A stretch of 64,000 nucleotides of DNA from Catajapyx aquilonaris (Eukaryota): contig KZ538206.1 in assembly GCA_000934665.2 (NCBI GenBank), forward strand, positions 1 to 64,000, written 5' to 3'. A program made the translations under genes and the position numbers. The notes beneath the pieces are model-generated. The model was not told the DNA's origin. It saw only the letters and a program-made list of their open reading frames with translations, and did not search any database. Positions 1 to 11,476 of the stretch are shown here, piece by piece. How positions within the stretch are numbered: the first letter of the stretch is position 1; every line of letters starts with the position of its first letter.

Positions 1-191
1 AATGAATATAAGTATATCTATAATGAATATAATGAATATAAGTATATCTATAATGAATATAATGAATATAAGTATATCTATAATGAATATAATGAATATA
101 AGTATATCTATAATGAATATAATGAATGTAAGTATATCTATAATGAATGTAAGTATATCTATAATGAATGTAAGTATATCTATAATGAATA
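1..191. repeat. AT-rich minisatellite (30-bp unit AATGAATATAAGTATATCTATAATGAATAT x4, then 21-bp unit AATGAATGTAAGTATATCTAT x3), truncated by the window start
   Basis: Direct tandem periodicity. It accounts for the repetitive ORF 2..328. Confidence 0.95.
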
Positions 192-764
192 TGTGTATAT
201 TGTATATGTGTATATTGCCGTTATGTTACGTGTCAGGTGAACTAACAAGCCGAAAAGAATATTTTTTAATCATTGCACACATCATTGGCCTATTAGTTAT
301 TGTAACGCATATAGTACAAGTACTGTAGTGTTGTCTGTTACTTCCTAATTTTCTTTGCTGGATGTGGCGATCCCTTGGCCCATGCTAAGACCAAAATATA
401 CTCTACATTAGTGCGGCTGCAATATTCTGTTCAGATTTTGTTACCTTTACATTGACGACGCGATAAATAAATAAAATAAATAAATAAACAAATAAATAAA
501 TAAATAAACAGTGCATTGCGGCATAGCTCACATGTGCATGTGCCGAATATTGGAAATCTCGATCTGGCAACGTTATATGTACGAGTAATTAGTGAAGTAA
601 GTTACTCTATGTTAGAACTGAAAATGTTACAGGAGGTCCAACAGATTTTGAACTGCTGGTAAATCATCAAATCCCTGATGTTCCGTACTGGAATCACGGT
701 TATAAATCGATTTGTGCATTAATTTATTAGAGTAGCTTAACAATATTAATCTTACACTAGTGTA

Positions 765-1217
765 TGGAAGTGATGAATATCATCGGCGGGTGTAGCCTAT
801 ACAGTACCGCATGGATAGTGTGGTCAAGAAAGTTTGACCATATGAATCGGAAAATGTACCCCCGCGAGCATAAAGATAGAGACGGCAGGCCCTTTTTTGA
901 CCTTTCTTTATCCGACTCAAATTAATGAACTCTTTTGGGACCGAGTTAGCTGCATCAGGCGTGTGTTCGTGTATTTATGACAGTATATTTGACACTGTAA
1001 TTGCTGAGATTGGCAGAGCAGCCTGCTGCCGAAGGTGAGGGCCTGCCGTCTCCATCTTTATGCTCGCGGGTGTACAAGTAGGCCTACGTACTTTAACAGG
1101 CACTGTTAGCAAAATGAAGTTATTATTATGCATCAATTAAGTCCAAAATTTATATGGTCAAACTTTCTTGACCACACTATATCCATGCGGTACACCCGCC
1201 GGTATTCATCACTTCCA
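765..1217. mobile_element. Foldback / MITE-like element with long multi-segment inverted repeats
   Basis: TGGAAGTGATGAATA (765) / TATTCATCACTTCCA (ends 1217); GTACCGCATGGATAGTGTGGTCAAGAAAGTTTGACCATAT (~804-843) mirrored at ~1152-1193; CCCGCGAGCATAAAGATAGAGACGGCAGGCCCT (861-893) mirrored at 1038-1070. No clear TSD. Confidence 0.8.
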
Positions 1218-1405
1218 GTAAAGACTAGTACCGCATTTATCAGACACATCAATCGAGTCAGTCTGTAGGCAACTGTACCGGAAATAATACCAGGCGGCAG
1301 TGCAGTGCCAATCCATCAAATGGCGCGTAACCCTAGGCCTTTTTGGTCGATCCTGATAGGGAAAAAGAAGGCAGAGCCATTCATCCTCCACTTGCCTTGT
1401 TACAG

Positions 1406-1514
1406 GCTTCTGCTGCAATCCGGAACGACCATCAACCGTTCAACTCTGGACGGAACTGCTCTACACGAGGCTGCCAAATTTGGCAAGTTGGACGTAGTTC
1501 GCCTGCTGCTTGAG
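1406..1514 (+). CDS. Caskin: Caskin-like protein, internal exon A (ankyrin repeat: [36 protein letters not shown])
   Basis: Acceptor ccttgttacAG ends at 1405; donor GTGAGT at 1515. Ankyrin motif [16 protein letters not shown] resembles, from memory, vertebrate CASKIN1 [36 protein letters not shown]. Ends in phase 0, compatible with exon B. Confidence 0.9.
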
Positions 1515-2354
1515 GTGAGTACCAGGAAACAAATCGTACCCTATGAGACAGGTGGCGCTGGTGTATATCGGACGTAAATATGGCTGCCGCAAAGGTCGGC
1601 AGTGTACGTTATAGAATTAATTACGCGAATTTACAGGTGCAATGGAATACTGCAGTACATCTGAAACTTGCATCTTGCACGACACAGCATGCTAACCAAT
1701 TCCGGAATTTTGTACGGTATGTGTGTCGGACCAAAGCGTCCGCATAGGTGGCATGCTAAGGAGTTGTTGGCCACATCTCGTCGACTTGAGACGAAATCGT
1801 ATGTGATTTACGGGGCAAATGAGCACGACCCTTTCTGGGAATGCTCTATAGTTATCACCCCCTGTCATCGCGATGCCTGACAGATAACGCGCAATCTGAT
1901 CAATTCGCCTGTTCTGTGAAATGAACCCTCCCTCCGGATATGTTGATCAAAAGTGCGTATGCATTCTTGTCACGATTTTGACAAAAAAAAAGGGAGGGAG
2001 AGGGATAAGCCCTAGTAGCAAAGGGCAACGACATCGTTTCCACTGAGGATTTGGGAAATTGGCGTTTTTTATTTGCAGTTGAAAATCCGTGTAAATCCGT
2101 TTGTTGGAAGGTATAATTAGACTGTTACGCCCATTCCCCCGGATATGCTACGGCACATTTGTAAATAAAATTAAGGGGTGGATCATGTCGAGGCAGATAG
2201 CCAACGTCAATGAGAAGTACTCACTGGGAGGGATTCTCTTCGATAATTAATTATTGATCTCATCAGTGCTGCTGAACAGGTCTTTAAAGCTGAAAGTCGT
2301 TGGCTAAGACGCTACTCTATAACACATCAGGAATATAGATCCGGAATAATAATT

Positions 2355-2424
<70 letters not shown>
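2355..2424. repeat. (TAG)n microsatellite
   Basis: About 23 perfect units; gives the poly-Tyr of minus-strand ORF 2304..2531. Confidence 0.97.
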
Positions 2425-4582
2425 GACAATAAGGCAGTGAACAAGGCCAGGCTTTCGTTATACATTTTCAGCCGGGATCTGAACACATATTGACCAAATG
2501 GGTGCGGAAAATGACCCCTGTATATCCTCATTTTGTTAGGAAAAGTACAGTCCAGGGTAATCCTGCTGTGTTTTACATGTAGGAGTTAAAAAGGAGAAGC
2601 TCATTATCCGTGTTTGAACTGGTTCCGTGTAAACGTTTTCACAAACTGTATGCGCCAGCCCGTAAAAGTGCACATATTGCAGAAATTTCAGCTTTCGCCT
2701 TCCAAATTATTAGTCCGTATACTCTGTTGAACTTTGAATGTTATGGTTATGAAGCCTGGAGTGAAGAGTGTGTATATAAGGTTCATTTCAGGCAAGGTCT
2801 TAGCTTTTCCGGAAGCACAAAAAAAAAATGAAAACGAAAATCTGATCGTACAGTGCCGATGATGTGCGACAGTTGTGGATTTTTTTCTCTCTCTCTAATA
2901 CGGTCGCGAAAGCTACATTTAGCTAAGTGCGTGCTTCAGGAACCTTGCAGTGTGACACGACACATTTCCATTCAGCGATTTGAAATGAAACGTTAACAAT
3001 GCCGGCTATTTCCACACTTTTATTAGTGTCGCTAGTAGAAATCAGTGTTACAATCTTCACTTCATGACACAACGATTTTGTAATGCAATCACATAATGGC
3101 GGGAAGATTTTCAATTTTTAAACGTTTACTTTCATGACAAAAGCACATTACTGTACCACGAGAAACCACCATAAATACTGCTGTTCAAGACTGCACGTGC
3201 ACCAAGTGCATAATGCGCTCACCTATTTCATCCTCATTGCTGTGCATTGAGAGTCATACTGATAGTGATCAATAAATTATTGTAAAAGTATCATTGGATA
3301 ATTTAAGTATGTACAAACTTATGTATAGACTTGTATTTACGAGTTGATGACATAATTATATACACTATGAGTAAAAAAATACAACTGCGAGTTGCATCCA
3401 AAAAATCTTTAATTAATTTTAAATGGTGCTCCAATTCCAACTTTAGCCTAATCCTTCCACAGCTGTTTTGCATTAATTCTCGGATGTGTGCGAATCCGCA
3501 ATAAACCTTAATGAAATGCGTTATTAAAGCAGCCCCCCAAAAAAACGAAAAAAATCATCCCACTCCAAACGATCTACACTCGTCATTTACAACAGCCTAT
3601 TCCGCAACATTGTCGGTCCCTTTTAATGCACGAAAGGCGAATGTTCAGGAAGTTACACTCGTAAAGTTCAGCAATATAACTTAATTAATCAGGGAAACTT
3701 TCAGGGAGAAAGAAAAAATTTGCCCAGTTGCTCCCCTTTCCGCCAGATGGCAGACCCGCATACATTCCCGACGTGTGGTTATTCTTACTACCACTACACA
3801 GCGCCACTGTTCAAACATCACCCGGGAGGAATTGATTGCAAAAATTCGTAAATTACAACCGGGCCGTAAAATTGTCCAAAATCCGGCCCTTTTTTCGGCC
3901 AATCAGCACTGGGCCACAAAATAGCAGATGATTAATTGAGGATAAATGGAGATAACCCTGGTGGAATGAGGACCACACAACATGAGGAGTAGGATATAAG
4001 TGGCCTTGCCCCACATGAGATGCGCGACATGACGAAGGATGAGACCACAATGCAGGGTCATGACACCTTCTCTCTTTTTTTGGTTCGCTCCTCCTGTACC
4101 TTTAGGAGCGACTTGCTCAATTCACAGCTGGGGGAGGTGGTTCGGCTTATTGTTTGGATGGGGTGGATTGACAGCCTTTTTTATTATTATTTAGGGGGAG
4201 GGCAGCCTTGTGGGTTTGGGGTCACGTTGACGTATGTCAAGATACCGTGACCTACTGATGGGTCATGAGGCTCATGAATGTGACATGTCTGGATAGAGGA
4301 GGAGGTTAGGAAGGTCGACCCACAGTGTGCTTATGAAAAGTGGTCTGAATTGTGGAAGACAGTGATTGTTAACTATAAGTAGTTAGTCAGTGGACTGATC
4401 TGATATACGTACAAACACTGATGCAAGCCTGCAACACTCATTGGATATCTCAGGCACTCTTTATTAAAGGCAGGGGTTTGGTGTTTCGGAAAGTGGGGCC
4501 TCAAAATCAGGAAAAATCGTGATTCCGAAATTGAGGTCAGTTTTGGAATTATATGACTCAGAACCAAATGCTGCCATGCTTA

Positions 4583-4709
4583 TGCCTGGTTGCACCAACA
4601 AAATTACCGGTCCGATAGCTCCTAATGGACAGATAGGTAGACCTTTTAACATGTGCTATCGGTCCGTTAGGAGCTATCGGACCGGTAATTTTGTTGGTGC
4701 AACCAGGCA
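4583..4709. mobile_element. Palindromic MITE, PIF/Harbinger (Tourist)-like
   Basis: About 54-bp near-perfect arms TGCCTGGTTGCACCAACAAAATTACCGGTCCGATAGCTCCTAA... and their reverse complement; flanked on both sides by TTA (4580-4582, 4710-4712), the TWA target typical of PIF/Harbinger. Confidence 0.85.
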
Positions 4710-4912
4710 TTAAAGTCGTAACTTGCCTGGATAGTATAGATAAGTAGTGTTGAGTCGACATTTGTTACTGAATCTGACCACATTCTTTTTTACTTCATTT
4801 TGCTTCACCCCCAAAAATGTTTCATAGAGTCCGTTTACGCTTAGAGAATAGATTGTGGTCCCTGATGGCCAGTCTTATTGCATGTACCGAACAGTAGGCC
4901 TAGATTAGCATG

Positions 4913-5364
4913 CAGTGGGACCCCGGGTAATTGATTCTATAGCCCTCCGACGGATAAGTGAAACCCGAGGATAAACCGAACCCTAATATGCTTGTTTTTA
5001 AAGATATGATGTACTGTACATGCTTAATGATAAGTTTAATTTAAAAATTATGCACATTGAGGCCAAACACAATATATTAACAATAAAATGGGATATTTAT
5101 TACAATACTGAGTAAACTGTAATAAAATATATATAATATCTATGATGCGGTTCAATTTACGAATTATACACATTCAGACATCAACAAAAACTATTAATAA
5201 TTAAATATGGTATACCATATTATTTAATTATTAATATTGTTTTTAGTTTTAAGAATACAGCACTGTACTGCAATAAAAATGCGTGTTAAATTTTTTGGTT
5301 AAAGGTTTTTATCAACATTTAGTTAATATTTTAAAACTTCGGATAACTGAACCCGCGGATTACT
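4913..5364. mobile_element. Possible degenerate pogo/Tigger-like MITE
   Basis: Starts CAGTGGGACCCCGGG and ends CCCGCGGATTACTG-TA, with repeated GGATAA motifs near both ends and an AT-rich core. TIR match is poor. Confidence 0.35.
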
Positions 5365-8333
5365 GTATATTAATTCGATGTTGCATGGACTTGAGTGTAT
5401 GCCATTAGGTTACCATATTGTGGGACCATGCAATTTTGGTGTAAGTAACGTTGCTTGCACCTAAGATAGGATGTAAATTTACCATATGTTACATATGTAG
5501 GCCTAAGTGCTCAATGCTCCATATACATGTCATTCTCTCCCTCTTACTCACAGAGGCGATAACCAATAAGTAAGACCCGATTATTACCGTATATCAGCCG
5601 CACAATAATGGAAATCTCTGTACAGATACAGCCGTACAGGTAAATACCATAGATGCAATCAGGGATATTTTCCTTTTGAATTGATAGACTATACAACCGA
5701 CCCTAACTATTGTCCCAAAAAATACACTTTAAACTGAAACATTAAGGAACTGTTCAACCTAATATTTTCTGACTTGTCCGTTTTGCGACTTGAACTGCTT
5801 GAATTCTGAACGACTGAATTACAATAGAACTTTAATCAGTGCAGTGGTGCAAGTACGCTTTAATAAATGCACATGCGATGCAACTCCACCTAATATTGCC
5901 CCATAGTTATTTTTATTCCGAGGCCTCTGTTTCATTTATTTCCATACCTCATACCATGGTGCATAATGGATATATTTTTAGATTGATATGAATTCACATG
6001 TGTTTCTCGTTTCCTTGAGAACGCGCTGGCGGGCGGGATCAATCTGACCTCGTAAACTTGTAAGCGATCGTTTGATAACAGGTTTACAGTGAAACGCGAT
6101 GAAAAAAGGACACCAGAGAGAGTCCACATCTTTTCTCTTGTTCGTGATACCGGCACCTCATTACAGACCAGGTCAAACTGTCGGTGTAATAATGGAGTCG
6201 TGGGCCTATTCTTATTGTGCCAATCAAGGTGCGATGCGAGAATTGGAAGGCAGAAGAAAAATAATGAACGAAACCTAACCTCGAACCGAACTTGTTACAT
6301 GAGTCGTCTGATGTGTAGGATGACCCATAGTATCTACCTGTACTGTAAAATACGTGCGTAACGAAACTTATTACATGTTACGTTCTCCGTAATGAAGCCG
6401 AAATACCTCAGCAACTCAAAATAGTCTGATTTGCAAGGAATCCAAATTTGACGGAAAGTGCGACAATTTTGCACGCTCCAACTCCCTTTTTGTATATTGA
6501 GAGTCGCTTAACTAGTTAGAACATGCGAAATACAAGATGGTGGAATGTGTGAGTCTCATCAATAGGACTTTGGCTCCTTTCGAATATCTGTGAAATTACT
6601 TTAGCCGATTTGGCAATTTCGGATTCGTAACCGAGAGAATTCATATATAATTATAAAAAAGTGGAAATTTCGGGAAATTTCCTGCTCGCTAGATCTTACT
6701 GTCAAGGATAGTGACCTATTCAGCAGATGCTTCCTGAGAATTCTAGCATATGCCATCATGGTGACGCAACAGGAACTGTTATGCCATAACATCAGTAATG
6801 GAGCAGACGTTTATAAAAATCATTTCTAAGGCAATGACGCCTTAGGAACTCAACAGGTACATGGGTTACAGAGGATGGTCACACTTTTTCTACCACAAAT
6901 GGATGGCATATCGAAGTGCAATATATTCTTTCTCTCATATACGGCATGTCCACATTTTTCTATTCAGTTAACCCATGAAGTTTTCAAGGATTGTACGATA
7001 TAATGGGAAGCGCATAATGGTGGGAGGGGTGAGCACAAAGCGCACTCAGTAATAATACAGGGACATTTTTATGCATAACGTACACTCTCAAAAATCCTGG
7101 TGCCAAAATGAAGCCAAATGCTAATTTTTACCTGTTTGGCATGAATAGGCCAAAAATTATAATATTGATTAGGGTATCATTAGTCCTCATAGCGACAAAG
7201 GCCCCATTAAAGAGGGTGTCAAAATGTCATCCTCAAATCTTTCCATATGTCACCAAGAAGTGTGTGGCTACACAGTAAAATATCTTCGGGATAATGGAAT
7301 TCGAGAATTTTAAAAGGTAAATTTGAGTATTTTAGTGGAATAAGTCATGTGAGTAATAAAGAGATACCAGTATTCCACATCTACACGAAATGAATATGTG
7401 ATGCTATTGAAAATAATCATTTTCTAGAGATTAAATAAATAGTCACAAGTAATAGCTCTGAGACGGGTGCATGCTGCAGTGTGAAGGAGAAAAGCTGCCC
7501 ATGCTCCATCACTTCTTGGGCTCCACGGACGAGACCATGACCTCATCCCCCCTCCCCCCGCCCAATAAAGGGCAGAGGGTTACGATACGAACACCCTTAG
7601 GAGGAAGGTGATCGTTGGTGCGCTTAAATATGTGGCCGGATCAAAGATCTATTTATTATAGGCCTAAGTAATATGTATGAGTAACATTGTTATCCTGAAT
7701 AACGTGACTGTAGAAGTAACAGTATGTAACGAGAAGACTATAATTATCAAGCCCACTTTCTTTAAAAATTATCATGCAATTTGTCATCCACATCCCCTCA
7801 TATGGATCAGATGCTTACGTATGTCGCAGGGACAATGAACACCTGCTGTGCTTCGCCTAATACTTCTTCCTCTCCTTCTCAAGTTGAATTATTCCAAAGT
7901 GATGTATGCCGATTTTTCTTGCACGTACAAGAAGCCATAATGAATGTTGTAACCCATACAGAGAATGAGTTAAAATTGCGAAATATTTATTCTAATGAGT
8001 CACATTGGACTGACGTACTGTATTTTGCTATGTAAGCGGTTGAGGTCTTGCACAAATCTATCTAGAGTAAGGGGACTTTATATTTAGACCAGAAAACTGG
8101 ATTGACTCTCAGAAAGTACGAGTCAAAGACTATTAAACAATGCCTATGACAAGTCCGACCAAAATGGGACTCAAATTGTTCAACATTTAATGTCTTCACT
8201 TGTAAATTTAAATAATCGTGTCAACATTCCAACCTAAGCAACTATGTAACTATCTCTAGCATGCAGGCCCCTACCATTCCTCAGCCCATCCCTAAAATAT
8301 AGATATAACTAGGTGGAATATAAAGGTAGCCGG

Positions 8334-8543
8334 TTGTCAAAATTTGGCAAAGGGGCAAGATGTCTGCCAGGCAGCAGAGTTCCACGGAATCCCCAATTCC
8401 GCCGTTCCGGGCGCCCGCCGGCGACTCTCTTCTCAACTTCTGGTAAAGTGCAGAAGTAAACGAGTGTCCACACAGGAACGGCGGATTTGGGAATTCCGTG
8501 GAGCTGGTGTTGTCGCCTTTTTTGAGGTTTTTTGCGTTTGACA
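8334..8543. mobile_element. Degenerate palindromic MITE-like element
   Basis: AGTTCCACGGAATCCCCAATTCCGCCGTTCC (8378-8408) pairs with GGAACGGCGGATTTGGGAATTCCGTGGAGCT (8475-8505); outer TTGTCAAA / TTTGACAA. Confidence 0.65.
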
Positions 8544-9253
8544 AAGTCCCTGGGCACTGTTTCCCAAAAAAAAAAAAAGTGGTTTGCAGACGTAGAATTG
8601 AGCGGGTAAAATCTTGAGACCACTAATGCTGTACTGGTAGGCCCTACGGTGCGGGATGGGTATTAGTAATGTTGATGAGATTTTACTTAAAAATTGGTCA
8701 TGGTTGAATATTAACGCCAGCCTCTCTCATGTGATCTATTTTGGGTTGGAAAACAATAAATGAGAAGTCCCCGCCATCCTTCCAGCCGGAATAGCGCTGT
8801 ATTTTCATGGTTCTTGGAAATCTGATTTCTTCAAAACCGTTCCCTACTGCGCACAAAAAAGAGCCGTAAAAAATTACACGTGTGATGAAGGAGGTTGGTT
8901 AAATTGCGTAAACTTGAAGGATGGTTTCTCTTTTTTTTATCTCTCTAGGTTGAAATCGGTGTTGGGACCTCTTATTAACGTGTTACTGACGACGTTTGTT
9001 GATGCATCAATGTCCACAGGCGCACACATTAAGTCAGGAACATATTCACTCGGGATATCTGGATTCGATGATATGTAAGATATTTTGCTTTCACCGACAG
9101 GCTCCAATAAACACCAGGCCACGTGCTTAGGCAGTTATCAGAACCGCCCACGACACTATGTCATGTGTCAACAACACAGAAATGTCCATCAATTTGACTG
9201 TGACCCTCAAAATGAACTAGCAATCTTTATGAGATTTTCTACTGAGTGATTAA

Positions 9254-9418
9254 GGGCCGGTTTCACCGAACTCAGTAGTAGAATTATTATAAATCCGAGT
9301 TTCTTTTCGAAAAATCCTCAGTTTTCATAGTTGACAACAATGGTTGCTATGGCAATTCTTGTTATAACTTTGTTATAACTGATGTTCTAAGTTATACTGA
9401 GCTCGGTGAAACTGGGCC
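9254..9418. mobile_element. PIF/Harbinger-like MITE
   Basis: TIRs GGGCCGGTTTCACCGAACTCAGTA / TACTGAGCTCGGTGAAACTGGGCC; TAA duplicated at 9251-9253 and 9419-9421. Confidence 0.85.
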
Positions 9419-11406
9419 TAAGGATGGCTTCCATGCACATTATCAGTCAACGCCTGGCCTCTATCGTCGATCATTGGAACAGGCTTTGGAATTGCTTCCC
9501 AACTGGGTTATATTTCAAAATACACTGTATCTCTTGGAACCACTTTCATATGAGATAGTATCAGGGTCGGTAGGGTCACCCCCCCCACCCCACATACGTA
9601 CTTCATTATAGAGGGTATGTCAGAGATGCAATTTGTACATGAATTCCTGTTGCATCACCATGTTTTTTTATATCAATTATTTGTTTCTTAATTCATATCA
9701 CCCCCAAAACCGTGATTCCTGGAGATCCCACAGCCTTATGTCAAATCCCTCATATTCCACCGAAATGCACCGTGTGTGGCCAGAATGTAAAGCCAGCCCA
9801 GGGTGGTGGTTGAATGGGAGGAGCAAGGTGGTGGTGGCCGAACAGGGTGCTGGGAGGAAGGGGTTGTAACAACCTTGGTTGGATGCGTGCTGGTTTCGAC
9901 AGATGGAAGCTCTGTTTGGCTGGAGGGTGGTTAAGGGCGGTGGGCAAGATATTTTTTTGTGCATATATGTTCCCCCCCTCCCCACTTTGCCCCCTCCCCT
10001 ACCCCCATCTGAAGGTCGCGTTCTCAAAGATAATCCTTTTTGGTTCCAAGGAGTGTGGAAGCACATTGTCCTGCATTTGACTCCTACCGGGAAAAAAAAG
10101 TTCGTTAGCTGTGGGGCCATGTGCGCGCCTGCCCCCCATCCAACGCCAGGTTCCGGGTTATCTAATCGCTGGTTAAATATTGGTGAGCCAACTGGGCGGA
10201 TAACCACTTTGGGGAAGGGTATGTGTGTGTCTTCTCAACAGTCGATTGAGTGAGGAACATGGAAGAAGGATCTCGGTGTGTCACGTGGAAGACGGAAATA
10301 CTTCTCCCAATTTAAAACAGTACGATTACCAAGCAGTCCCCACCAAAAACTACACGTCTCACTGGTTCTTCGGCTAAGAAGAAGCAAGAGGTGCACGTGC
10401 TTTATACACTACCCCAAAAAAAGTCTGCCTTTTCTTTCGCGCGAAGAAAACGGTTAGACTATTTCTTTTGGGAAATCCCGGCAAGAACTTTCACATTCGG
10501 TAGTTGGATTCCAGTGTTTTTTGAAGTTAAATAATAGTGTTCGAGGGAACAGTATACTTGTAAGGCATAATAATGTCGTGGAAATTGTTCTCGTGGTGGA
10601 AGCAAAGGGTTAAGAAGAAGAAGGTTACAACCCCGAGCTTGTCGGTTCACGTGGTAAGTTGTATTTCGCTCTATGGGTGGATATTGGGGTTTGGTGAATT
10701 AAAATTCTCGTTTTGACATATATATCAAATGTAATGGCAAAAATAGTAGTCTATCGAGTAATATTGTGAACGATATACTGTCGAGTTCCATTATTCAAAA
10801 TATGGGGAAATACTTTCAATAATACACAATAGTTCAATTCTGAACAGGAAACGTCGACTTTTAGTTGTTTTGCAAGTACCAAATATCAAAATTAGTCTCT
10901 ACAATACGACAACAGTTAGACGAGCTCACAATACATATAGTGTACGTCAAATGAAATCATATGACATTGCCTTCAAGGCCTGGATTTTTCATTATTAATA
11001 GATTACAATTTTGCATTGGCCTTGATATTGCCTTTCACGCCAGTGTCTATGTAGTCATTGTTAATTGAAATGCCGTACAGTAGCCTATACCATCCGGTTG
11101 TAGTTTCAACTTACAAGTAAAATTGAGTATACTGCAACAATGGTGTGACTTGAAAATTTACATTGCCTTATGACAATACTTGGAAATGTCAGCTGTGCAT
11201 AGTCTCTCTCTAATTAGGACCAATTTGTCTGTCAGTCATCCGTTGATATATTGATATGGATAGCTACTCTATAGAATTGTATTTATGGGCCATCTACCGT
11301 GTGTTAAAATAATCCCACATTTGCTGATACACAGTACTTCACGATAATACGTGATATTGTTTGGTACTGCCGTCCTACTTGCGGCTTATCGTAGTGTACA
11401 TCAACT

Positions 11407-11407
<1 letters not shown>

Positions 11408-11475
<68 letters not shown>
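11408..11475. repeat. (TAT)n microsatellite
   Basis: About 22 perfect units. Confidence 0.97.

Positions 11476-11476
<1 letters not shown>

Noticed and set aside
2..328. 108-aa ORF with MNISISIMNI repeats
   Set aside because: It is the translation of the minisatellite; no coding evidence.
1305..1577. 90-aa ORF as a complete gene
   Set aside because: Only 1406-1514 has ankyrin similarity and is bounded by splice sites; the rest is intron read-through. The same applies to ORF 15689..15874.
4464..4761. Overlapping ORFs on both strands sharing MPGCTNKITGPIAPNG
   Set aside because: Artefact of the palindromic MITE at 4583-4709.
9698..10253. Cluster of longer overlapping ORFs (up to 169 aa)
   Set aside because: G/C-run-rich sequence depleted of stop codons; no recognisable domain. 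Likewise 24011..24520, 52931..53452 and 59107..59601.
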